A stretch of DNA of 64,000 bases from the NCBI GenBank assembly GCA_963663225.1, contig OY760142.1, forward strand, positions 195,913 through 259,912, read 5' to 3'. Source of the stretch: Nitrospirota bacterium. Lineage in GTDB: Bacteria; Nitrospirota; UBA9217. Positions 41,114 to 49,260 of the stretch are shown piece by piece (position 1 is the first letter of the stretch; each line of letters begins with the position of its first letter). The notes under the pieces were generated by a model. The model did no database searches and was not told the DNA's origin. It saw nothing but the letters and a program-made list of their open reading frames with translations. The position numbers and the translations under genes are program-made.

Positions 41114-41767
41114 TCAACACAATGATTCTACTTCCTGGGCTGCCACTCGTATGGAAACGCTTCTGCCGAGCAGTTCTACAGTAACCTGGAACAGATATTC
41201 GTTTTCTTTCCGGATCAGAATGCCTTCTGCATTTTTGAGCGGGCCGTTTTTAATCCGGATCCGGGTCCCCTGTTTCAAGTGCGGATAGACATCCAGCTCT
41301 TTGCCGCTCTCGACGAGAAGCCGTAAGGAATCTATCTCTTCGGGAGCAACCGGTGTCGGCTTGCCGGGTTCCAGCGAGATGAAAGTCACAACCCCTCGTG
41401 TCCTCAGCACGTCTAGGAACGCCTCAGGTCCGGGACTAATTTTCACGAAAAGGTATCCTGGAAACAGTGGATATTTGACGATCTTTTTTCTGTCTTTCCA
41501 CTGGCTGACCCGCTTTGCAGCAGGCAGAAATGCTTCCAGATTTTTTTCAGTCAGTTCATCCAGAACAACGAATTCATGCCGCGATTTTACATGAACGGCA
41601 TACCAGCATACCGTCTGCTCTGCCGGCGATTGTCGACTAAAATGAGATTCCGAAAACACTATAGACCGTGCCAGTTCACATTGATTCATGAGTTCCACGT
41701 TTCCTTTTATTTCCGTATTCCCGATTTTCCAGTCCATGCAGGCGACAGGAAAGGACTTACCGATCAC
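41114..41767 (-). CDS. NusG-paralog transcription antiterminator (UpxY/LoaP/RfaH-like)
   Basis: NGN-domain motif CWYAVHVKSRHEFVV...YPLFPGYLFVK and C-terminal KOW-like GTRIRIKNGPLKNAEGIL. True start uncertain; candidate Met codons at 41767, 41737 and 41689. Confidence 0.7.
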   Translation of the reverse strand: MIGKSFPVACMDWKIGNTEIKGNVELMNQCELARSIVFSESHFSRQSPAEQTVCWYAVHVKSRHEFVVLDELTEKNLEAFLPAAKRVSQWKDRKKIVKYPLFPGYLFVKISPGPEAFLDVLRTRGVVTFISLEPGKPTPVAPEEIDSLRLLVESGKELDVYPHLKQGTRIRIKNGPLKNAEGILIRKENEYLFQVTVELLGRSVSIRVAAQEVESLC

Positions 41768-41791
41768 CGTTTAGGCAAAACATGCATAATT

Positions 41792-42688
41792 TTATTCCGG
41801 ATCCTGTATCCCCAGAGCATGAAGAAGAGCGGAATAATCGATACTTTTTCTCACACCCTGATCATGAGAACCCCAATAGAGCGTTTCAAAGTCGAGGTCC
41901 TTTACGATATCCCGGACCATAGCGGGGTCAACCTCTTTCGTTTCTTCAATAAAAGCGGTCAACAGCAGGAAGTCACACATGATGTTTACCAGCCGTGGGA
42001 CTCCCTTTGTGTACTGGTAAATAAGATCAATGCTCCCATCGGAAAACGTTACGGCGTCTCTGTTGCCAGCCACTTCATGACGGTGCAGAATATACTCTAG
42101 CGTCTCTTCTTTTGTCAGCGGGCTGATCCGGCAATTGATGCTGATGCGCTGACGAAGTTGACGCAGCTGCGGTAGGGCAAGAACATCCCTCAGTTCAGGC
42201 TGGCCGACGAGAACAATTTGCAGCAGTTTCGAGGTGCTGGTCTCCAGATTTGACAGCATCCTGATTTCTTCCAGCAGATCAGGCTTTAGGTTCTGCGCCT
42301 CATCAATAATAAGAACCGGATTAAAGCGCCTCGCATGCTGTTCTATCAGAAAATCATTCAGGTCTTTGAACAGCGTGACTTTGTCCTTTCCTTGCACTGC
42401 AAGCCCGAAATCATCATTGATCATAGCGATCAACTGTTCGGAAGTAACTTTTGTGTTAAAAATCTTAGCGAGAGTGACATTGCCTGCCAGTCTTTTAATA
42501 AGATCGCTGATAAGCGTCGTTTTACCTGAGCCGACTTCTCCCGTCAGGAGTATAAAGCCCGCCTTTTCCCGTATTCCATATTGCAGATAGTGAATCGCCC
42601 GTTTATGGGTTCTGCTCATGTACAGGAAATCAGGGTTCGGTATAAGCTCAAACGGTTTTGTTTTAAAATTAAAAAATGCTTCATACAT
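41792..42688 (-). CDS. ExeA-like AAA ATPase (secretion-ATPase type found in PEP-CTERM/EPS loci)
   Basis: 298 aa ORF; Walker A LLTGEVGSGKTTL and Walker B LIIDEAQNL. Confidence 0.75.
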   Translation of the reverse strand: MYEAFFNFKTKPFELIPNPDFLYMSRTHKRAIHYLQYGIREKAGFILLTGEVGSGKTTLISDLIKRLAGNVTLAKIFNTKVTSEQLIAMINDDFGLAVQGKDKVTLFKDLNDFLIEQHARRFNPVLIIDEAQNLKPDLLEEIRMLSNLETSTSKLLQIVLVGQPELRDVLALPQLRQLRQRISINCRISPLTKEETLEYILHRHEVAGNRDAVTFSDGSIDLIYQYTKGVPRLVNIMCDFLLLTAFIEETKEVDPAMVRDIVKDLDFETLYWGSHDQGVRKSIDYSALLHALGIQDPE

Positions 42689-42777
42689 AGAATTGCTGTC
42701 CTTCCTGCACAGGTTTCTAGGGAACCGCTGCCGTAGTGCCTCCTGCCGGTAGCGCTCTAACTAACCTGTTGCCTGCT

Positions 42778-43200
42778 TCATATTTCTACTCTTATTTCCG
42801 GCTTCGCTGCATTGCTGACCAGAGCTGATTCAGCACCGCTTTTACAGTTTTCCATGATTTGATTTACGAGATCCCGGAATTTCGTATAATCAAGCGGCTT
42901 TATCATACAATGCAGCAGTGATTTGTCCACGTTATCGAGCATGATTGCCAAATCTCGGTTCAGCCGGTCAGAAAGGATGATGACCGGAAGTTTTGTTTTA
43001 ACAAGCTCTGCCAGTACGACTGCCCCATATGGATAGCTTGTTATGACGAGACCGAAATCTTCGCAGTTCAGTATTGATGTGATGCTTTGAAGATCGCTGG
43101 TAACAATAGTGGAATACTTTTCTTTTTCCAGTATTGCCGAGCAGATACGTGCAAATCTTGCTTCATCAATTATTAATATCTTCTTTGTTTGGATTTCCAT
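42778..43200 (-). CDS. stand-alone receiver-like domain protein lacking the canonical phospho-acceptor Asp (atypical or pseudo-receiver)
   Basis: 140 aa ORF; beta1 KILIIDEA, conserved Ser/Thr (PVIILSD) and Lys (IKPLD) positions present, but the expected Asp after beta3 is Thr/Ser (GLVITSYP). Confidence 0.55.
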   Translation of the reverse strand: MEIQTKKILIIDEARFARICSAILEKEKYSTIVTSDLQSITSILNCEDFGLVITSYPYGAVVLAELVKTKLPVIILSDRLNRDLAIMLDNVDKSLLHCMIKPLDYTKFRDLVNQIMENCKSGAESALVSNAAKPEIRVEI

Positions 43201-43333
43201 GGCAATAATACTAATAGCAAATTCAATGCCTGAGATAAAAGTCCAATTATTAAGGCAGTTTCAATTTAAAAAATCAGCTTTCCAGAAATTTGTTTCTCAA
43301 GTATACACATTTCAAAAAAAGTCGTTGTTTTCG

Positions 43334-43352
43334 GTTGTATCCAATGGATACA
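43334..43352. promoter_or_regulatory. perfect 19-bp palindrome in the divergent EPS/glmS promoter region; candidate dimeric regulator binding site
   Basis: TTGTATCCA-A-TGGATACAA read directly from the sequence, within the 498-bp AT-rich intergenic region 43201-43698. Confidence 0.35.
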
Positions 43353-43698
43353 AAATTGACAACGTATTGGAAACTAACAATTTATATTTTATAACTGTTT
43401 CTTTTAGAAACACATTTTGGTGTGCGGTTATCTCGTTTTCCTATTATTTTATTGCCGACAGCATTTTTTTTGGGCATTTTTTTACACAGGTGGCTATGAA
43501 AACATCCTTTTTTTCACGGTCCTTCAGCAGAACCATTCTTGCAATCCTTTATAAAACAATGAATTTCTCCATCCATTTTCGTTAAGAAAGAAACTGATTT
43601 TTTGAGCATGTTTTTTGCTAGTTACTATTCTCAAAAAGTACGCATTTCTGCAGGGCAAAGACTCAAAGCAAGTTTTTATCAAGAGGAGGCTTTGGTTT

Positions 43699-45528
43699 AT
43701 GTGTGGTATTGTCGGATACGTTGGTAAAACTGGTTCTCTCCAGGTGCTCGTTGACGGACTTAAGCGACTTGAATACCGGGGATATGATTCAGCAGGCATA
43801 GCTTTTGTCAACGGGAATGGCCTTGAAGTGTGCAAAACCAAGGGGAAACTCAAGGATCTTCAGCGTATGCTCCCCGATCCTGCTCCTGCAGTACGAATGG
43901 GGCTTGGCCATACACGCTGGGCCACCCACGGTGGTCCTTCATCGGTCAATGCACATCCACACCGTGTTGAAGGCATTGCCGTAGTGCATAATGGAATTAT
44001 AGAAAACTACAGGGAATTGAAGACAACTTTGGAAAGCGAAGGGCATACTTTTCTCTCTGAAACAGACACTGAGGTTGTGCCGCAACTGATTGCAAAATAT
44101 ATGAACAAAGGCCTTCCGATCAGGGAAGCAATTCGGTCAGCCGTTGCTCAGCTGCACGGTTCTTATGCGCTTGGTATCATCAGCGAGCAGCATCCCAATA
44201 CCCTTTTTGCAGTAAGAAAAGGAAGCCCGCTCGTTCTTGGAATCGGCACGGATGATTTTTACTTCGCTTCCGACATTCCGGCAATCCTTCCTTACACCCG
44301 CAAATTCATATTCATGGAAGACGGACAGCTGTGCACCCTCACCGGGGAAGGAATGGATATTCGACTTGTTGAATCCGATGCCGTTGTCTCCAATTTAGGC
44401 AAGGTAATAGAGATCGACTGGACGTCCGATATGGCCGAAAAAGACGGCTATGATCACTTCATGCACAAGGAAATATACGAGCAACCCCGTGCAATCACTG
44501 CGACAATCAGCGAACGCCTACAAAGTCCTCTTAACTTTCTTTCCGAGCTTGGAATCTACGTCCAAAGAAAATCGGATGTAAAAAAGCTGCACATCGTTTC
44601 CTGCGGCACGTCGTATCACGCGGCGCTCGTCGGGAAATATATGATTGAAAATATTGTTCGCATTCCGGTAAGCGTTGATATCGCCTCGGAATATCGCTAT
44701 CGGCAGCCCATCATTGAGAAGGGTACGCTTTTTGTTGCAATCACTCAATCGGGGGAAACAGCTGATACGCTTGCGGCTCAGCGCGAAGCGAAACGTCTTG
44801 GAGCATTGACGCTCACCATCTGCAATGTCGTGGGAAGCACATCAACACGCGAAGCTGATTCGGTTCTTTACACCCGATCAGGGCCGGAAATCGGTGTCGC
44901 ATCTACGAAAACATTTACTTCGCAGATGGCGGCATTATGTGTTTTGGCTCTTGCCATGGGGTTCAAAAAATCCACGATTTCTCAGGCAGAATATGACGCG
45001 CTGAAGTCTCATCTTATTGAAATTCCCGCGCTCATAGAGAAGACATTGCAATCGGATGCAAAAATCAAGGAGCTTGCAAAAACCCTCGCGCAGGCAAAGG
45101 ATTTTTTGTATCTCGCGCGGGGAATAAACTATCCACTTGCTCTCGAAGGGGCCTTAAAATTAAAGGAAATTTCTTATATACACGCCGAGGGGTATCCGGC
45201 AGGCGAAATGAAACATGGTCCCATAGCTCTCATCGACCAGAATCTGCCGGTTGTTGTGGTCGCCTCCTCAAATGATCTTTTTGAAAAGATATTCTCCAAC
45301 ATAGAAGAAGTGAAAGCCCGGGGAGGACGGGTTGTTGCAATAACTGATATCCCCGAGGCGATGAAGGGAAAGGCTGATGATGTCATAACCGTACCATCAA
45401 CCCATCCGCTGCTTACTCCCTTTGTTAACGTAATCCCTCTCCAGCTCCTTGCATACCATATCGGCGTGCTGAGAAACTGCGATGTGGATCAGCCACGAAA
45501 CCTTGCGAAAAGCGTGACGGTTGAATAA
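43699..45528 (+). CDS. glmS: glutamine--fructose-6-phosphate aminotransferase (isomerising)
   Basis: Start ATG at 43699 preceded by AGAGGAGG RBS; N-terminal MCGIVGYVG nucleophile; two SIS domains; characteristic C-terminus AKSVTVE. Confidence 0.95.
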   Translation: MCGIVGYVGKTGSLQVLVDGLKRLEYRGYDSAGIAFVNGNGLEVCKTKGKLKDLQRMLPDPAPAVRMGLGHTRWATHGGPSSVNAHPHRVEGIAVVHNGIIENYRELKTTLESEGHTFLSETDTEVVPQLIAKYMNKGLPIREAIRSAVAQLHGSYALGIISEQHPNTLFAVRKGSPLVLGIGTDDFYFASDIPAILPYTRKFIFMEDGQLCTLTGEGMDIRLVESDAVVSNLGKVIEIDWTSDMAEKDGYDHFMHKEIYEQPRAITATISERLQSPLNFLSELGIYVQRKSDVKKLHIVSCGTSYHAALVGKYMIENIVRIPVSVDIASEYRYRQPIIEKGTLFVAITQSGETADTLAAQREAKRLGALTLTICNVVGSTSTREADSVLYTRSGPEIGVASTKTFTSQMAALCVLALAMGFKKSTISQAEYDALKSHLIEIPALIEKTLQSDAKIKELAKTLAQAKDFLYLARGINYPLALEGALKLKEISYIHAEGYPAGEMKHGPIALIDQNLPVVVVASSNDLFEKIFSNIEEVKARGGRVVAITDIPEAMKGKADDVITVPSTHPLLTPFVNVIPLQLLAYHIGVLRNCDVDQPRNLAKSVTVE

Positions 45529-45633
45529 ACAGGGTTTTCTCGGCGCAGCACGAAGAGGTCGGAGGACCTTATCCGCCCGGATGGAATGGGACACTCCGCA
45601 TGCTTCAACAAACAGCTGTGGCCGTCCGGTCCT

Positions 45634-45669
45634 AAAAAAAGGCGTTGCAGGATTAGTCCTGCAACGCCT
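45634..45669 (-). terminator. intrinsic terminator between convergent glmS and the iron-sulfur flavoprotein operon (strongest in the minus direction)
   Basis: Perfect 13-bp stem AGGCGTTGCAGGA / TCCTGCAACGCCT with 4-nt loop. The A7 run on the plus strand gives a U-run after the hairpin for the minus-strand transcript. Confidence 0.7.
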
Positions 45670-45697
45670 CTCTCAACACACAATCTTTATCTAGGAA

Positions 45698-48600
45698 TCA
45701 ATAATCATATTTTGGTTTTTTGCAGAAAAGCCCCTTGTCTCTTGCTGCATTGATAAGGGAAAATGACTCGACAGCATTGTCGGCAATCCCTTTATAGTGC
45801 GGCATCTTTTCAGCAATCAATCCTCTGACATGATCCATGCTATACGATTTCCCCGTTGCCTCCTGCAGTATCATGTTCAGGACCTCGAAGTTTGATACGC
45901 CCTGAAGCGGATCGAAAGCCTTTTTGAATTTCACGACTTTTCCATCAAAGGAAACAATCGATCCTTCCGATTCGATATTCGGAGCATACGGAAGAACAAC
46001 CTCGGCGCTGGCGGTTATATCATTCTCGAAAGACGAGAGCGCAGCAACAAAGTCGACCCCTTTCGGAGAAAGATCAGAGATACTTATATTTTCATTCAGC
46101 GAAAGTATCGCCTTGATTTTCCCTTTCTGCAAGGATTCCTTAATCGCTTTGAGTTTGTCAGCCGAGGAGAACCCGGTCGAGCCGTCGAACACGATATCCC
46201 GGTACCCCTGGCTGTTGCTGTTTTTGTGGATAACGGCGATGCCGTTATTCGCCTTGTTCATGCGGCCCGTGCTGAGCAACAGGTTAACGGCTGCCTTGAT
46301 ATCCTTGAGGTTTGCGCCATCAACCGTATCATTATAAAGAACAATGGCGTTCTTTGCGCCGTCAAGCAGGGCTGCCGCGACAGTCTCAACTTTATCCAGG
46401 TTTTTGGGATACGTTTCCTTGAGGACTCCCGACTTGAATTTTTCAAATCCCTCAATGGCAGCTGCCGCTTTGGCGTCGAATGCCTTGTTGCTGATCACAC
46501 TCTTGAGAATGGCATTGATTATCTGCCCTTCCTCACCGGTCTTGCAATCAATATGGACGGACACGTATTTCTCAAGTTCAGAATTGAGCGGTCCTATCTG
46601 GACAAGCTGTGCGCCCTTTGCAACTGCCCTTTTTACCTGGAAACCGAACACAGGGCTGTTCAGCGTCAGTCCGGAGCCGATATTGATAATCACGTTTGCC
46701 TTTGCCACATCTTCGCGCGTGGCGGAAGAAATATTCATACCCGTCATCTCGCTGATATCGGGTATCTCCGCACGCACGATATCTTCTGCAGAGGCTATAT
46801 TGGAAGAACCGTAATGCTTTGCTATCGACGAAAGAAGGAATACTTCCTCATTCGTCGCGGACGGAGAAACAAGGAACAGCAGGGAGTCGCCGCCCTGTTT
46901 GCTTTTGATATCATTGAGCCGCGCCGTTAATTTAGCGATCGCCGTCCGGATGGGAACGGCCCCCTTCCCATTCTCATAGCTTTCAGCAATTCTGCCGTCC
47001 TGCTTCAAATAGGTGCTCTCGAATCTGCCTTTCTTGCACAGTTCTCCTTCAACATATTTTTCATAGGGTTTCGCGGTCAGATAGAAAATATCCCGGTCGT
47101 ATGCGTTGATGTCGATTTCGCAAGCAACGCTGCAGTCGGAACAAACCGACCGTTTCGCCGTGGTTTTAAACGGCGCCTGTCTCTTGAAGGGGTAGTTGAA
47201 CTCGATTGCCCCTGTGGGACAGACTTCGATGCAGTTGCCGCAGGAAATGCATGAGGTTTCCGCAAGCGGTCTATCCATTGACGGCTTCACCACGGTTGAG
47301 TAGCCGCGGTTTATAAACCCGAGGGCATGAATGCCGATCAGGTCTCCGCAATACCGTACGCACCTTCCACAGAGCACGCATTTGTTCGGATCGAGTGAAA
47401 TATAGGGGTGCTGATCGTCAACCTTGGATTTTTTAAATTTGCCAGTATATGCCTTCTGCACCGCACCGACTGCGGTGGAGTAATCCTTGAGGTCGCAGTC
47501 ATAAATGGTGACGCAACCGCAGGCAAGGCACCGGTTTGCTTCGTGGGAAACGATTTCAGGAGTGACCCCGAGATCAACTTCATCGAACGTCTTGATTCTT
47601 TCCGCGGGATCCAGCTTTTTGCTATGGCTGCGTTCGACCTGTTCGATATGCGCAAAGGACGCCTTGTCGAGTTTTTCAAGCGCCGCCTTGTCGCTGACGA
47701 ATTCATCGTGAATCGGAACGATTTTGCCAGTCGAAATATATTTGTCGATGACCGTCGCGGCCTTTCTTCCCATGCCGATGGCATCAATGGCCGCCATGGG
47801 CCCGCTCGCAACGTCGCCGCCGGCAAAAATCCCCGAAATATTCGTAGCTGTCGACTTCGGATCGAAATCAATTGTTTTCCATTTGGTTGTTTTTATTTCA
47901 CCAAACGTCTTGTTTGCCAGCGAGGAGAGATCGGCTTCCTGGCCAATCGCGGAAACGATCATATCGCACTTGAATACAAACTCGGAATTTTCCTTCTGGA
48001 TCGGCTTTCTTCTGCCGCTCGCATCCGGCTCTCCCAGATACATCTCAAAGCACTCGAGACCGATCAGTTTTCCATTCTCGGCAACCACTCTCTTGGGAGC
48101 CGTAAGCATCTTAAACTCGATGCCCTCTTCGACCGAATCATGGATCTCTTCCTTATCGGCAGGCATTTCATCCAGCGTACGGCGGTACAAGAGCGCCACT
48201 TTGTCTGCTCCGCACCGGACTGCCGTTCTCGCCACGTCGATCGCCGTGTTGCCGCCGCCGACAACCGCCACGGTTCCGCTCAAGCGCGGCAGAACAGCCG
48301 CCTTTTTGACATCTTCAAGGAATTTGATGCCGGTCTGAACAAAGGGAGAATTTTCTCCATCAATGCCCATGGGTTTTCCGACCCAGGAACCGATGGCAAG
48401 ATAAACGGCGCTGTATCCCTTTGCCTTTAATTCATCAAGAGTGATGTCTTTTCCGAGCTTCACTCCTGTCTCGACATTTATGCCGTGGGAAATAATGAAG
48501 TTGACTTCCTTATCGAGCACTTTTGCAGGCAAGCGATATTCGGGGATTCCGTAGCGCACCATACCGCCGAGCTTCGGCTGAGCTTCGAAAATGGTGACTT

Positions 48601-49249
48601 CATATCCCTTCTTGGCAAGAAAATACGCGCAGGTCAGACCCGAAGGGCCACCGCCGACAACCGCGACTTTTTTGCCGTTCTTCGGAGCAAGGACGGGTTT
48701 CTCAAGCCTGTCATATTCAAGGTCGGCCACATAGCGTTTTACGAAGTTCAAAGCGGCCGGAGTATCCGTATAGTTTCTTCTGCAATTCCCCTCGCAATAC
48801 TTCACGCAAACCCTGCCGCACATGAGAGGCATCGGGTTGGTCTCCCTGATCAGTTCGAGAGCCTCTTTATATTTGCCTGCGCCTGCAAGAGCAAGATATC
48901 CCTGGATATCCACTGAAGCCGGGCATCTTGTGTTGCACGGCCCCCTGCAGTCGGCATAGTGGGTTGAAAGAATAAGCTCAAGAGCCGATTTTCTCGACGC
49001 CACCGCTGCGGGGCTGTCCGTCTCTATCTCCATACCGTCTGCAGCAGGCACGGCACAGGAGACGAGTATTTTTTTCGATTTCATTTCCTCGACTGAACAT
49101 ACAAGGCAGGAACGATGGGGCTCAAGCCGCGGCTCATAACACATGGCCGGGATATCGAAACCATTGTCCCTTGCCACCTGCAGTATGGTCTTGCCAGGTT
49201 CGGTAACTATGCTTTTTCCGTTGATTTTTATTGTAATGGTATTTGCCAT
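45698..49249 (-). CDS. multidomain iron-sulfur flavoprotein: NuoG/HydA-like N-terminus fused to GltD/NfnB-like FAD/NAD(P)H domain, with a NuoG-like C-terminal region (Stn/Nfn-type large subunit candidate)
   Basis: 1183 aa ORF; N-terminal 2Fe-2S ferredoxin cysteines (MCYEPRLEPHRSCLVCSVEE); dinucleotide motifs VAVVGGGPSGLTCAYFL and VAVVGGGNTAIDVA; several CxxCxxCxxxCP ferredoxin motifs. I could not find [FeFe]-hydrogenase H-cluster motifs. Confidence 0.7.
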   Translation of the reverse strand: MANTITIKINGKSIVTEPGKTILQVARDNGFDIPAMCYEPRLEPHRSCLVCSVEEMKSKKILVSCAVPAADGMEIETDSPAAVASRKSALELILSTHYADCRGPCNTRCPASVDIQGYLALAGAGKYKEALELIRETNPMPLMCGRVCVKYCEGNCRRNYTDTPAALNFVKRYVADLEYDRLEKPVLAPKNGKKVAVVGGGPSGLTCAYFLAKKGYEVTIFEAQPKLGGMVRYGIPEYRLPAKVLDKEVNFIISHGINVETGVKLGKDITLDELKAKGYSAVYLAIGSWVGKPMGIDGENSPFVQTGIKFLEDVKKAAVLPRLSGTVAVVGGGNTAIDVARTAVRCGADKVALLYRRTLDEMPADKEEIHDSVEEGIEFKMLTAPKRVVAENGKLIGLECFEMYLGEPDASGRRKPIQKENSEFVFKCDMIVSAIGQEADLSSLANKTFGEIKTTKWKTIDFDPKSTATNISGIFAGGDVASGPMAAIDAIGMGRKAATVIDKYISTGKIVPIHDEFVSDKAALEKLDKASFAHIEQVERSHSKKLDPAERIKTFDEVDLGVTPEIVSHEANRCLACGCVTIYDCDLKDYSTAVGAVQKAYTGKFKKSKVDDQHPYISLDPNKCVLCGRCVRYCGDLIGIHALGFINRGYSTVVKPSMDRPLAETSCISCGNCIEVCPTGAIEFNYPFKRQAPFKTTAKRSVCSDCSVACEIDINAYDRDIFYLTAKPYEKYVEGELCKKGRFESTYLKQDGRIAESYENGKGAVPIRTAIAKLTARLNDIKSKQGGDSLLFLVSPSATNEEVFLLSSIAKHYGSSNIASAEDIVRAEIPDISEMTGMNISSATREDVAKANVIINIGSGLTLNSPVFGFQVKRAVAKGAQLVQIGPLNSELEKYVSVHIDCKTGEEGQIINAILKSVISNKAFDAKAAAAIEGFEKFKSGVLKETYPKNLDKVETVAAALLDGAKNAIVLYNDTVDGANLKDIKAAVNLLLSTGRMNKANNGIAVIHKNSNSQGYRDIVFDGSTGFSSADKLKAIKESLQKGKIKAILSLNENISISDLSPKGVDFVAALSSFENDITASAEVVLPYAPNIESEGSIVSFDGKVVKFKKAFDPLQGVSNFEVLNMILQEATGKSYSMDHVRGLIAEKMPHYKGIADNAVESFSLINAARDKGLFCKKPKYDY

Positions 49250-49260
49250 GGTTTTCAGCC

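Noticed and set aside
43217-43232. Sigma-54-like -24/-12 motif (GGCAT-N-TTGCT on the minus strand) upstream of the EPS operon
   Set aside because: Only about 8 of 12 consensus positions match, and it would place the transcription start within a few nucleotides of the first start codon, leaving no room for a ribosome-binding site.
43109-43585. 158 aa plus-strand ORF spanning the divergent intergenic region
   Set aside because: Low-complexity translation of AT-rich DNA (Phe/Ile/Ser-rich), no RBS, and it overlaps the start of the well-supported receiver-like gene; most likely spurious.
43450-43698. glmS ribozyme in the glmS leader
   Set aside because: No conserved ribozyme core sequences or pseudoknot-forming segments recognised; the leader is simply AT-rich.
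46226-48430. Long antisense ORFs (234, 340 and 204 aa on the plus strand) inside the 1183 aa iron-sulfur flavoprotein gene; similar cases at 34575-35339, 49243-50181, 60405-61085 and 61788-62465
   Set aside because: They are shadow ORFs in GC-rich coding sequence, opposite genes whose translations carry clear conserved motifs; their own translations are Arg/Ala/Ser-rich with no recognisable motif.
45698-49249. Large subunit as an [FeFe]-hydrogenase or a conventional formate dehydrogenase catalytic subunit
   Set aside because: I could not find H-cluster signature motifs. The C-terminal region is NuoG/molybdopterin-oxidoreductase-like, but Mo-ligand residues cannot be verified by eye, so the generic flavin/Fe-S description was kept.
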